A stretch of 64,000 nt of DNA from Azolla caroliniana (taxonomy: Eukaryota; Plantae; Polypodiophyta): positions 19,220,001 to 19,284,000 of the forward strand of contig JBHGNT010000002.1 of assembly GCA_043228905.1 (NCBI GenBank), in the 5' to 3' direction. The notes below the pieces were generated by a model. It was not told the DNA's origin and did no database searches. It worked only from the letters and a program-made list of their open reading frames with translations. The position numbers and the translations under genes are program-made. Shown here piece after piece: positions 51,101 to 63,529 of the stretch; position 1 is the stretch's first letter; every line of letters starts with the position of its first letter.

Positions 51101-52145
51101 GCCGAAGCGCATCATCAAGCCCGTATTTTTCAAGGAGCCGACCTTCAAACTCTTCCCAGGTCTGACTCTCAGCCCGTACCTCAAGCACCTCCGCGTGCAT
51201 GCCCAGCATTGCCACCCGAGGGAATCCGGCCAGTCGCCTGTCCTCTAAGATGTCTCTCATCACCATTTCGGCTCGGTAAGCCTCCAAATAGCTCGGGCGT
51301 CCTTCCCACCGAACCGGCCTACCGTGCCAACGACTGCTTCAATAGCCCTATCGAGGGCGCCTATGCCTTCGCGCGCACTCATTATCTGATCCACAGCCGA
51401 AGCCATGGCTTCTGCAAGATCCGACCCTCTCATCTTTCTATTCCTCTACCGCCTGTTCACGTCGGCTTCACCAAATATGTCGCGTTGTTACGCGCGTGCA
51501 TGGAGAACGAGGCGGGACCACGGGGGCCTTGGACCGAGAAATAACCGAATGAGAAGAGGGGAAGGAAACTACCAATGTACTCTGCACGTGCACAAACACA
51601 CAGATTTACAGGAGTTACAACTAATTCCGAACAATGGAGACAGAATGAATATACGTGTATATATTAATCAAGGAGTTACAATTGGCAAGCCGACGAGTGA
51701 TAGTCTACGACGCCTGCACACACACACACCCAGAACGCGAGATGGAGACTCTGCCGGAAGCACTCGGGCGTTCCTCGGAGTAGAGTCAGCCTCCCGAAAA
51801 CCTGCACAGAACGACTATGGAGATAACAAAGGAGAAGAGCTTGGTTCCAGTCCAGCAGCACTTCGTCCTCTACAAAACGCGATCCCCTTTTTACAATAAC
51901 TCTCCCTCTCTTTTATAACCCAAGGAGGGAGGTCGTTACTACCCGTTACATCATGTTTATTCCCTATCCTTTCGGGCAGGGATACGCCTCAATTTTCTCC
52001 CTAATGAATGCGTGCTACCTAGGATTTCACCTTAGCCGACTTGTACCTATCTGCGTACTACACAACAAAACTTGTGTCCACGTGTAAGGGCTGGTTTACG
52101 CACGTTATACCCGATTTCCGCCTTGGGACAGTTTTCTCCACGACA
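45175..52145 (-). mobile_element. Full-length decayed Ty3/gypsy 'G' (same lineage as A and C)
   Basis: LTRs 45175-45825 and 51478-52145, CCGG duplicated at 45171-45174/52146-52149, Trp PBS 51456-51473, PPT 45826-45839; Gag-PR-RT(FLDN)-RH-INT homologous to A. Confidence 0.95.
49296..49361 (-). promoter_or_regulatory. Putative -1 frameshift signal of gypsy G
   Basis: G GAT TTT TAG, 6-nt spacer, stem GGGCTATC/GATAGCCC, loop GTGGGG pairing with downstream CCCCAT. Confidence 0.75.
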
Positions 52146-53291
52146 CCGGACTATAAGCACATTGAGGTGCACTATCATTTTGTCCGCGAACGCGTACTCT
52201 CCAGTGAAGTCGAACTTCGGTATGTTCCGATGGATCGGCAGAACACCGACATCTTCACCAAACCTCTTGGTCTGGACAAGTTGCGACAATTCTCGGGTGC
52301 GCTTGGGTTGCGTCACCTCGACGTGCCGAACTTGAGGGGGAGAGACATTCCGAATGACGACGAAAGAGGGAGAGAAGTTCTGGAAGACGAAGACCGTGAC
52401 GCCGGGTCGGATGACGAATTCGATTTTGGATCGGCTGAAGAAGCCGAGGGCGGATCCGCGGAAGAGTTCGAAAGCGTACATAAGGGGAGCAGTCGAAAGG
52501 AAGAGCCGAAGCCAACCAAGTGTGGGGGAGACAAAGCCATCAAGGGCGAGAAGACCGAAGACGAGTTGGAGACAGCCAACTCGGACGAGAGCGAAAACCG
52601 ATCGGAGGAAGCCGAGTCGGTTCAGATGTTTGATTCAGATACACTAAATCAACCAAGGGCCAAGCGAAAGAGAAGGCAACAGAAGAGGCGCCAACACCGC
52701 AACAGCAAGGAAGTTGAGAAAGGTCGTATGAGCAGACAAGCCAACCGGAAGGGTCGAGGCACGTAGAGTCGAACAGGTTGAGGAGCGCGAGCGAGGCGTG
52801 AAGCCAGAAGGAACTGGAGCACAAATCCGGAAGAGCAGATGGAACCTCAAGTTGAGCTTGAGGGGGAGTGTTGAGATACAAGCTCAACATTGGACGGATC
52901 GGCTGTGCAATCCAAGAACCGGATCGGTTAGGCCGGACCGGTGCGTAAAACAGATGCGTAAACTGGTGTGTAACGAAAGGCCGTATCGGTGCGTAAACCG
53001 AAAGGCCGTTAGAGAGATATTCCTCGTAAAGGAATAATTTTGGGAGTGAGTGTCGAGGCTCACTTATGAGCAGTCAAGTACTGTCAGTACTTGTGTTAGC
53101 CCGATTGTCAGGGCTTGTATAAAAGTGCTCACTGAGCACATCCTATGTACAAATTGAGTAGTTTTTTGAATTGAGTTCTGTGTGTTCTCTCTCTATCTCT
53201 CCCGCATACTGTGTATATTCAAGCTCTCCATTAAACCTGCGTATTTTCTCAGTGTTTGTTTTTCTATTGCTTCCGCACATAATCGTTTACA

Positions 53292-54337
53292 ATAACCGAC
53301 CTCCCCTTAAGTACAACCATGGGACTGATCAAACTTTAATTTCTCATGAAAACCACAATAAAGTAATACGCCAAGAAATATGGCAAATTTACACCTGATA
53401 TAAATGGATCGCCCCACGAGAGGCACTCCCATCTAAAATTTTGTACTATAAGGAACACTTCTTGCAGTTCTCTAAGTAAGGTTTTATTACACGACCAAAA
53501 TATCTATATACATTCTTATCAAATGCACTAAGGGTAGCCATGGGACAACTTAGGATATCATCTCACCAACTTGAGATTGAGAATGGTCGTGCTAATAGAG
53601 TCCCTAGAGAGGAAAGGCTATATAGGTTATGTCACATAAAGATCGAGGATGAGCATCACTTTACATGTAAGTGTCCAACTTATGCCGAGATAAGGGAGAA
53701 ATACCAAGACATAGTAGGACCCTCTCCCACCCTCTCTAAGCTATTAGATGCCCCGGATATAAAGAGACTAGGTAGGTATATCTTAGAGCTAAAACAACAT
53801 AGGGAGAATAAATTACAATGTGTTAACGATAACCCTTTTCATATCCACTAATATGAAACTAATGCAATTTTTCGGAACATGGGGAGACAATAAATGTGGA
53901 CACACTTACGCCACTCGGCCTCTCTCTTGATGAAGCGGAAATGCAAAGAACAACCAAACGCCCTCGGATGTTGGGCTTCAAAGCAACTCGACACGGAGTA
54001 GAAATGATTAAGAAGATAAGGGAACGTGAGCTACGCCGCCTAGAAGCTATGGTTGGGGTACCTCTTACATTGGAACCATGGGCCACATCCATATCGAAAC
54101 CCTTTGACCTCCTGCTTCTTTTCAAGAGACTTGGATGGAAATGAAACTAGGCCTAGTATAAAGCCATTTCCTTATAGAACATGTTTGTTTTTACTCGAAC
54201 CATTTAGCTTAAGCTCTATTTTATTTTATTTTGTTTTTATTTTTTCTTTCGATGAATGGGTAAATACCCCATTTTTGTTGTAAACCAATTGTATCGTCGG
54301 CCAATTTTGGCCTTGGAAGACATTAATATATCTTTCC
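53292..54337 (+). mobile_element. 3' part of an RTEX-like family-1 LINE (host of copia F)
   Basis: Colinear with 29430-30478, including CCHC domain and 3' UTR. Confidence 0.92.
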
Positions 54338-54699
54338 TAAAACTAGGCATTTAAAAAGGTTTACTTGCTTTCCTTTGCCTTTCGTTTTTTTTATGTGGCC
54401 ATGCTATACGAATAATGTAGAGTATGTTGGACTAGCATAATCTATGCATTCCATTTACAAGAAGGGGAAACATATATACACAGTCTGTGCATTCCAAATA
54501 CAATAAGGAGATAAAAATACCTGGGATATATAGAAGATTACAAGGAAATAAAGGATCAAGTTTCCACTATGGATCTTCCAATCTATCAAAAAATAAAGAA
54601 GAAAGAGGAAGGCTCACATTAGCCTTGACGCACATGTAGTCACATTTAAATGTAAAAAGAAATTGAAGGAACAAATCTATTGCAAAATATATTGAGGAA

Positions 54700-55050
54700 A
54701 GAGAAATTGTGAATGAATATCATGTTCACATTCAAAAGAGACTTATTTCATCCTTAGTGTCATTGTTACTAGTCTTAGATCACTCTAAGAACCTATAATA
54801 TCCATGGATATATGGAGAAGAGATTGGAATAGATAGAGGACATTTTGTCAAGCAAATATGCTCTCCTTCTCCTACTTGCTTCGGCCTCTACATAGATGAG
54901 GTAGCAACATGGAGATGGTCATATTTTACGTTGACAACATAATCTTGGTGTTTAAATCTCGTGCAAGCATACAATATCATCTCAATAACCTATATAGTAT
55001 TCCTTCTGCAAAGGGACTCATAGAAAACATTGGAAATACCAAGGCCATTA
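54700..55050 (+). pseudogene. Very decayed LINE RT relic
   Basis: VKQICSPSPTCFGLYIDE and FYVDNIILV resemble GVKQGCPLSP..FG.YIDE and YADD motifs. Confidence 0.45.
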
Positions 55051-55239
55051 ACTCCCATGCATCCATATTGACTTTTGAATAAGTTGGCTTCAACCTTTGC
55101 ATTAGAAGTCATATGGTATGATGGCTAAAGCTCTTCTAGTTCTATAGTTTATTTTTACTAGTTTGACAAAAATCTTTAAAGCAAGCAAATGTTATCTTTG
55201 TCTATACAAAAGTCCCATTTGAGTAAATATTAGGTTTGT

Positions 55240-56010
55240 TCAAGATTTAAATAAACACAAAGAAATATTTATATGATTACATCTCATGAATACACATGTA
55301 TTGAAAGTATTTTAGACCTTTCCCTTCTCCGGGCCCATCAAAACTGGCAAAACAAGCTCTAGTTGGAGGTCATTGGCTTGTCAATGTGTAAGTTTTATTG
55401 GTAGCCTAGGCTTAACAACCTAGTTAACATCATGATGGTGCTCACTTGAATTTTTATATTCCATTTGGATATAACATACACACTAGATATTAGGTTTGTC
55501 AAAATTGAAATAAACAAAATGGAAACATTAATAGGATTACATCTAGTTAGAGGTCTCTCTTTTTTCCTCACCCTCAAGTTAGAGGCCAGTGGTTAGTAAA
55601 TGATAAGTTTCATTGACAACGAAGGCTTAAGAAGTTGGCTATTACAATGATGCTCACATGAATTTTCCTCTCACTTGAAAATGGTTTGCACACTGGAGAT
55701 TATGATTGTTTATGTGCGAAAGAATAAAAAGAAAACATTTGTATAGAATTAGATATCCTAAATCTACATATATTGAAAGTGTTTTGGATGTCTCGTTGTT
55801 CCAAAATGCTAGAATTGGTAAGAACAAGAAGCCTATGGCTGGTCAAAGTTTGACCCAGTAGCCAAGGCTTAAAAAGCTAGCTACCATATGGTACTACGTG
55901 AATTTGCACTTTCATTTGAGTATGATTTACACACCGGATGTTATGTTGGTTTTAGGTAGAAATAAACAAAATGAAATTATTAATAGGATCACATCTCATG
56001 AATATTCAAA
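55240..56010. repeat. Degenerate ~240-bp tandem repeat (~3.5 units)
   Basis: AAATAAACAAAATG..ATTAATAGGATTACATCT-like block at ~55250, 55508, 55720 and 55960. Confidence 0.6.
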
Positions 56011-57005
56011 TAGAGAAAGAAAAATAATGAAGATACATACCTTAGAGCCGTGAGTAGGAGTTTTCGCATGACCAGTGAGCAACGAGCAACATGCATAAGG
56101 AAATCAGATGATAAACACACACACAAACAAGGGAAAAAGTGGGGACAAGGGAGTTGAGATTCAAAGAAACATAAGAACTCTTTTTTTTAGGAAACTACAT
56201 AAATAGTCAGTTCAAAAAATATGAATAGGTTAGATTCTAGTTGGTAGGAAAACCTAGTAGGAATCAATTCCAACTATCCCACGCATTGGCTAGCAAAAGT
56301 CAATGTAATCGGAACGTTTACATTGTTCCTTGGACTTTCCCCAACACTGGACATCTCGATGTTTCAATATTACATGTGATATTTCCAAGATGGCATTTGT
56401 GTTTCAATATAGTACATATTTGATGTTTCAATGTAAACAATAAAATTTTCTCAATGGTAAACATTTTCTTTTCTAAATGTTACAAATTACAATATAGTAT
56501 ATAACGTGACATTTTAATATAGTATATGATGTTTCAATATTATACGCATAATACATAATATACTTGAATGCATTGGCAAACATTCTTTTTCATACGAATG
56601 CAAACAAATGCATATGTTATCAAAACATTCTTTTGTTTTTTTTTATACTTTTTACCTTAACTTTCTTATCAAATTTTTTTACCTTATAATAAATAATGAA
56701 TACAAAGTATAGTATTTACCAGACTTTGAGGATGTTTACCATACTCAAATTATTGAAACATTCTCAAATATGAATCCACATATGGTACGAATGGTTCATT
56801 CTATGATTATACGTGATATTTTCAATATGGTATTTATGCTTCAATGTAAACAAGAAGATTTTATCACTAGTGAAAATTTTACTAATTGTAAAAGTTTCTA
56901 AATGTTATGAATATTTTACAAATTAGAAAAAAAAATTCATACTAATGTTCATGCTATACAATTTGGTATGTGGTGGTTTTCCTATATAAATTTGAAGAAG
57001 TTCCA

Positions 57006-57145
57006 GTTGACTTTAACATTCATAGGAAAATGGCCGGTTAAAAATTTTAAAAACTGGTAAGACATTAACACTCATAGGAAAATGGTTAGTTGACATCAAT
57101 ACTCATATGAAAATGGCTTGTTAACATTAACACTCTTAGGAAAAT
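57006..57145. repeat. ~30-bp minisatellite (4 units)
   Basis: GACATTAACACTCATAGGAAAATGG variants. Confidence 0.7.
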
Positions 57146-58799
57146 TTCCTATAGGGATTAAAAATTTCTTGACATTAAAAACCTAGGAATAATCAAAGGC
57201 CTTTTGGTGAAACATTTTATGCACCATTAGGGTAACACCTTTAATTCATGTTCCGCTTATAATGCTCCGCTTGCTCAACAATACAATGAATGAACTTCCC
57301 ATAAGCAAGAATGTGAGACAAAGAAATACATGGTGAATGAGGCTAATGTGCACACAAATTTAAAATTTGTAGTATGGTATCCGTACTTGGTGGAGATATT
57401 ATCTATTATCTAGAATAGGGCAATTACGATATTGTTAGCGAAGATAGCATACAAACAGAAGTGCATAACAAAATGAAAGTCAGAACATGTAAAGTTCATG
57501 TGTCTAGGAAAAATGGCCAACACCAATGGAAGGGAGGTCATTAGGTAAACTAAGAGTGTTATAAGTGGAATACAAGAGAAAAAACTCTAAATTCAAGCTT
57601 GACCTCACTTCCCCAACACAACCTTCGGTTTTCACTTCCCTTAACAATCTAGCTATTACCTGATCACCTAACAATAACTTTTTGGGTTGTCTTTTTTTTC
57701 TTTCATATTAAAGATGGAATGCCTAGCATGTGATGTACATTTGTCTAGCATGCAACACCATGCATTTGTTGAAACCATGATAAAAAAAAGACATTTGGCT
57801 TATTTGAAGGAGACAATTTACTAGCATTCTAGTAATTGGTAGGAGATGATGATGTAGTGGCTATTGTAGAGGATATTGAGAAGCGTTGAACGTAGTCTCA
57901 ATGATAATATCATTAGCATTGCAAGCATACCTACCCATAACCTTCACCACTGCCACAAGGAGAATTGATTGCAAAACTATGTTGTGGTACGATCCATTTA
58001 ACCTGTTCGGAAGTGGACGGTTGGACAATAATTAAACTCGACTCGTCCTTACTCTCACCATATTTGTTTATAATGAGATGTGTGCAAGAAATAACATATG
58101 CTATCGTCCTTTTGCTTAATTTGAGTAGGTACATTGGCTAAAAGGAAGCTCATATATTCATCTACTTGCTAGACATGATACATATAAGGTGGAGGATTAG
58201 GTGAAAAGGAGGTGGGAGATTATACCTTAGGACATTTGACAACAACAAATTTCTTGCCCCATTTGAATCAGAGTACAGAGTAGATAATAAGTAGATAATG
58301 AGATAAATATGTGTGGTAATGCATTCTTGAGGTTGATTATTCACCAGAGTCACACAACTCGATTGATTGTGTGCCATATAATTCTAAGGTAAATAGATAT
58401 ATGATGAGAATGATGTTAAAGATTCAATATGATGAATACATCTCACAAACAAGTCTGTCTTTGAGGGATTTGTATTTAATATAACTTAACACCAACCTTA
58501 TCTTTTTTGAGGATTTGGTGGCTAAGTTGAGTTGTTGGGCATTAGGTCAAATAACACAAGATCATTAGGTTATGTGTTGATGAAAACTTACTGAAAAATG
58601 AAAATTTAAGACGTTAGCTCTAAATATCTTCTTTATGGATAAAATATGGAAAAAGGAAACTTATAGATGAATGGAAGGTGGGTTCATTCTTTTAAAAATA
58701 GTCATTAGATATTTAGAGAAGTCACATTAACCATCCAATAGCAATTAATTATATTGGGAACTAAGATCTCAAGTAAGAGACAAGACAGCCAGAGATTAT

Positions 58800-60110
58800 A
58801 TGGGGCATGGGCAACCGAATACGAAATCTGCGGCCTTAGTAGTGGTTGCGATCGCAGCAGCAATGTTGTGGTTCCAATGTCATACAAGGCGAGTTTCGGG
58901 CGGTGTAGTTGGCCCACATAGGGTAATGCTTCATGAGAACACCACCAACAAGAACAACAAGAAGAAACAAGACAATGCTATGCAACTTGGTCCTAATCCA
59001 CGCAGAGATGTCGTTACACCACACCACAACCAATGGAACGAGATGGTGGCTCTCCAAGCGTGGAAAGCGAGCATCACGTCGGACCCGAACGGCATCATGG
59101 CGACGTGGGTGGGGCCTGACGTGTGCCAATACGCGGGCGTGTTCTGCGCGGCCCCGCCCGACGGCTCGTGCCCGACCGTGGTCGCGGGGATCGACCTCAA
59201 CCACATGAACATCGGGGGCACGCTCCCCGAGGAGATCGGCCTCCTACGCTACCTCGCGCTCCTCCACCTCAACTCCAACCGCTTCCGGGGCCGCATCCCG
59301 CTCTCCATCTCATACACCCTGCCTTTCCTCTATGAGCTGGACCTAAGCAACAACCTCTTCACTGGGCCCTTCCCATCTGTGCTGCTCACGCTGCCCGGCC
59401 TCGCGTACCTCGACATCCGGTTCAACGGATTCGTGGGCGAGCTCCCCGCGGCCCTCTTCACCAAGGAGAAGCTCGACGCGATCTTTGTGAACGACAACCT
59501 CTTCTCGGGCCCGCTACCTCCCGTGCTCGCATCTTGTGCCGCTTCGGTCATCGTGCTGGCCAACAACCGGTTCGTGGGGAGCATCCCCTCGGGCTTCGCC
59601 CCGGCCATGGCACTCTCGCTTAACGAGCTCCTCTTCCACGGGAACTTCCTGGGCGGGCGCATCCCGGACGAATTCGCACGCCTCGCGGCTCTCACCGTGC
59701 TCGACCTCAGCGACAACAACCTCACGGGCCCGCTGCCGCCTTCCTTCTCGGCTCTCCGGAACCTTCAGCAGCTCAGCGTGGCCCGGAACTCACTGTGCGG
59801 TACGATCCCGGCCTCTCTCTGCCAGCTCCCGAGCCTCCGGAATTTCACCGCGGCCGGCAACTTCTTCACAGGCGAAGACGCGGCTTGCATTGGAAGCGCT
59901 TTAATTGACCCGTTCCACCGGTTCTCGTTCGACGACTCTGGGAATTGCATCCTGTCCAGAGGCTTCCAACGGCCTCCTATCGATTGCAATGCTTATTATA
60001 ACACATACAATAAATTTAGCCCGATTAAGTGCCCTGCTGAAGTTGTGAATCCTCTGAGTAATAGTCTTTTCCGATTGATTGCATCGCCTCCACCTCATGT
60101 ACATCCATAA
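58800..60110 (+). CDS. Secreted LRR protein of the LRR-extensin (LRX) N-terminal type, lacking an extensin domain; single exon, 436 aa
   Basis: Hydrophobic signal segment, ALQAWK.SITSDP..WVGPDVC.Y.GVFC cap, VVAGIDLNH, ~9 plant LRRs (LxLxxNxFxGxIP), NCI..QRP..DC hinge, only one SPPP. Confidence 0.92.
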   Translation: MGHGQPNTKSAALVVVAIAAAMLWFQCHTRRVSGGVVGPHRVMLHENTTNKNNKKKQDNAMQLGPNPRRDVVTPHHNQWNEMVALQAWKASITSDPNGIMATWVGPDVCQYAGVFCAAPPDGSCPTVVAGIDLNHMNIGGTLPEEIGLLRYLALLHLNSNRFRGRIPLSISYTLPFLYELDLSNNLFTGPFPSVLLTLPGLAYLDIRFNGFVGELPAALFTKEKLDAIFVNDNLFSGPLPPVLASCAASVIVLANNRFVGSIPSGFAPAMALSLNELLFHGNFLGGRIPDEFARLAALTVLDLSDNNLTGPLPPSFSALRNLQQLSVARNSLCGTIPASLCQLPSLRNFTAAGNFFTGEDAACIGSALIDPFHRFSFDDSGNCILSRGFQRPPIDCNAYYNTYNKFSPIKCPAEVVNPLSNSLFRLIASPPPHVHP

Positions 60111-61049
60111 ATCTTAGCTAGCAATTCCAGAAAATGCAGGGGACAGACTAGTTACACAGATTCAGAGAGACTGGGGATTGATCCCATTAATTTTAACATA
60201 CATTACACCCATTTGTACATGATTAGCAATTCTAAGAGATTATATTATACATTTCAACTACTTTACTACACACCCAATCCCAAGTCCATAGAAACATAGT
60301 TTGTAACGTAGCTGATCTAATTGAAATTGAATTGCTTTCTGGTCACAATATCAACTGATTGGGACTATGAATTATTGGAATGATTCAATGAATAAAAATT
60401 TATAAGCTCAAAAATGTTGTCATTTTAATCCTCAATCATCATGTAACAAGAAACCCCTACGGCTTTTACATATTGGAAATTTACAAAGAATTTGTACCTC
60501 TGCAGTCACCTAAATCACAGAAAATTAAAGTCTCATTTGACAAAAACACAAAAGGCTACCATCATCTCAAACCCTAATCTCACCAAATGGTTCTCCCAAA
60601 ACTATAACTACAGTTCTGCGCTCTCAACAAAAGGGCCCCTCTCAAGCGAAATCTTTCCTGATAGGCTCGGCAACTTCTTTACTTGTGGAACTAAATGTTC
60701 AACTATTGCAATATAAAAAACTAATTGCCCTTAAGCCAAAGGTTTGCTTTGCCTTCTCAGGATTAGTATACTATCTTCACTTAGTTAAAGAGACTATTAA
60801 TTATATGTGATGGGCTTGCAACATAAAAGAGACAAGAAGATGAACATTGGGAGACGAGATCAACCATGGATATCAATGATGCAAATAGTTATTGAGAATG
60901 CAGGATTGATGTGTGTGGAAAAACTAAGAATCAAGCCATGTGGCCATTGGTCAAATGTAGTATGAGCTCAGTGTCTCTCGAATTACATTTTAATTGTTAC
61001 ATGGTTATTATGTTGTGAGAGCGTCCTCTAACTATACAACCTTCGGAAA

Positions 61050-63529
61050 TTCTATTAGCAGCTAAGGCGTTAGGTAAAGTAGTGAATTGTGATGGGATGG
61101 GGGTTTCATGGTATATAGAGTATTGGGATATGATTGGTATTGCTTCTACTTTTGCATACCAACAAATTCTTGACCAAGGTTATATGCCTCAGGAATGGCT
61201 AGAAGGCCTAATATATTTGATTCCGAAGGGGGGTTGCCCTTTGCATGATGTTCGAAAATGGAGGCCTATAACACTACTTAATGTTGTGTATAAGATTTTA
61301 GCTAAAACAATACCAAGTAGATTACAATCGTTTTTACCTCAACTAATTAATGATTCACATATTGGTTTTGTTCAAGAAAGAAGTATTTTTTATAACATTT
61401 TTTTGTTTTGGGAAATGGTGGTTACTGTAGAGCATAGTTCCTAATATTTGCGTACGTCCAATTTACTGGACGTACGCGAACGTTTGCAAACGTACGCGTA
61501 TGATACGCGATATTCGTTTGGTTTTTTTTTTTTTTTGACTTTTTTTTGGTTTTTTTAATTTTTGATATTCATAATATTTTGTGAATAGAAGTGACATCTG
61601 ACACACATACACACACACTCTCTCTCTCTCACACGAGAACTGACAGATTTTCTCTCTCTACAAAATCTAGATATCTAATATACATATTACATACTCCCTC
61701 ACACAGACAAAACCCATAGCTCCTCTCTCTCTCTCTCTCTAGAGTCTAGATATACACTCAATCACTGTCTCCTCACACATGCAAAACAGGGCTTCTCTCT
61801 CTAGACCACACACGCTCTCTCTCTCTCTCTCTCTCTCCCCCCCCCTCACACACACACACTATGTACACCATATACACCATATGTATATATAATATATCTA
61901 TGTACCGCGTATGGATTTCAATCATACTTGGAGCCTTTTCACGTATGAGTATGATACGAATATTGGCGTTTGAGTATGACACGAATGAGACGTATGGCTA
62001 GAACTATGCTGTAGAGCAACAACAACAAGATTTAGCTATTTTGTTTTTAGATTTTGAGAAGACTTATGATAAAGTGGATTGGGATTTTATGGAAGCCCGA
62101 CATTATTGCATATGGGCTTTCCAATGCAATGGATTAGGGCGGTGGCAACATTGTATAGGACCGCTCATAGTTCTCTTTTGTTTGTAGGTGATGTTGGTGG
62201 TAGATTTTCACTTTCGTGGTCAGTAAGACAAGGGTGTCCACTTGCTCCTTTTCTGTTTATTTTAGTTTTTAAAGCCTTTTCTGATTTTCTTAGGAGTAGG
62301 AATGTCGATATTCGTGGTATAGCCTTACCTATACAAGGATACGCAACCTCCGCTATTGATTCAGAATTTGCTGATGACACCACATTATATGTTTCTACAG
62401 ATGAGGGGAACTTGTTGAATCTTCAAAAAGTGTTATCCGATTTTTGTGATGCTTTAGGAGCTTTGATCAATTGGGACAAATCCATGGGATTTGGGCTTGC
62501 GTCGTCTTCTCCCTCACAAGATGTGCCATCTCCAGGCTTTATTTGGGTACCTTGAGGTATCGCTGTAAGGTATTTGGGTTGTCAACTGGGGATAGATTTG
62601 TCACTAGAAGAGATGGTAACACCCCTTTTATTACAGGTTAGAAATAAATTGTTGTATTGGGATACTACTAAGTTGTCTCTACCAGGAAGGGTGGTTGTGG
62701 TAAACTCGGTTTTGCTTGCATTAATGTGGTATGTTGCATCAACATGGCTATTTTCACGGTCGATTATATTGAAACTACAATGTTTAGTTCGTAATTTTAT
62801 TTGGGGTGCCCATTTGGGATCAAGGGTTGTTGCAAAAGTTGCTTGGTCTGTTTTAATCCGACCAATATGTGAAGGTGGACTTGGCTTAATAGATCCTTTG
62901 CTCCAGAGTAAAGACCTTCTTGCAAAGCATGTTGTGAGAGTATTTATGCCTGGGAATGAGTTGTGGAAAAGGTTATGGTTGTTATCTCTTCGTAACATTA
63001 AACCTACAAGAGGAGGATAGTGGCAAGATAGTTTTCGATGGTTGTTTAACTTTGAATTTCCAATTAAGGGTCATAAAGTTGGTTCTATGAGATTCTTTAC
63101 AGGTATTTTGAGGGCATGGACGGACATTAGAGAGGCTCTCCTATTTCAACTTCCAGCTACAGAAGCCCAACTTTTATGGCAACCGTTGTTATGGAATCCT
63201 TTGTTTATTGATAGCTCTGGCTTTGTTTTAGGAATTAGACCGCGTTTATCGTGGGGAAAAATGGACTCAGGACTAACTACCTCTGTGGCTGCTTGGGAAC
63301 GATTTCAAATGCTCTTGGAGGAGAACAAAAAACAATTCTTATCTACCTTGCATGGGGATTATTTGATGTTTGAGAAGATTCAACAAGCTTTTCAGAATGG
63401 TCAAAGGCAACTTAATTTGGTTAATACTTATACATGGTATGGTCTTTTCTCTTCTTTGGGTGTTTTAATAGGTGCTCGGGCTTATGCTAATGAGGGTCAA
63501 AAAAGATTTTATGAGGTTCGCAATGACGG
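61050..63529 (+). mobile_element. L1-clade LINE ORF2 relic, split by a hAT element and cut by an LTR at 63530
   Basis: LIPK..WRPITLLNVVYKILAK, LDFEK.YDKV.W, VRQGCPLAP, FADDT, LSLPGRVVVVNSVL, EGGLG. Confidence 0.92.
61433..62008. mobile_element. Non-autonomous hAT-type DNA transposon (576 bp)
   Basis: 8-bp TSD CTGTAGAG (61425-61432, 62009-62016), TIR CATAGTTC/GAACTATG, subterminal CGTA/TACG motifs; removal rejoins the L1 RT. Confidence 0.92.

Larger units (their letters stand above)
42875..53291 (+). mobile_element. Ty1/copia element 'F', 5'-deleted (INT-RT-RH plus 3' LTR 52869-53291), interrupted by gypsy G
   Basis: RSDGG.EY, EQNGVAER, MDVKNAFLQG, LYVDDM, STEAEY, FHAR|TKHIEVHYHFVRE across the insertion; PPT TTGAGGGGGAG 52858-52868. 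Confidence 0.9.

Noticed and set aside
34199-60110. Biosynthetic gene cluster
   Set aside because: Only one enzyme gene is in the window; no tailoring enzymes seen.
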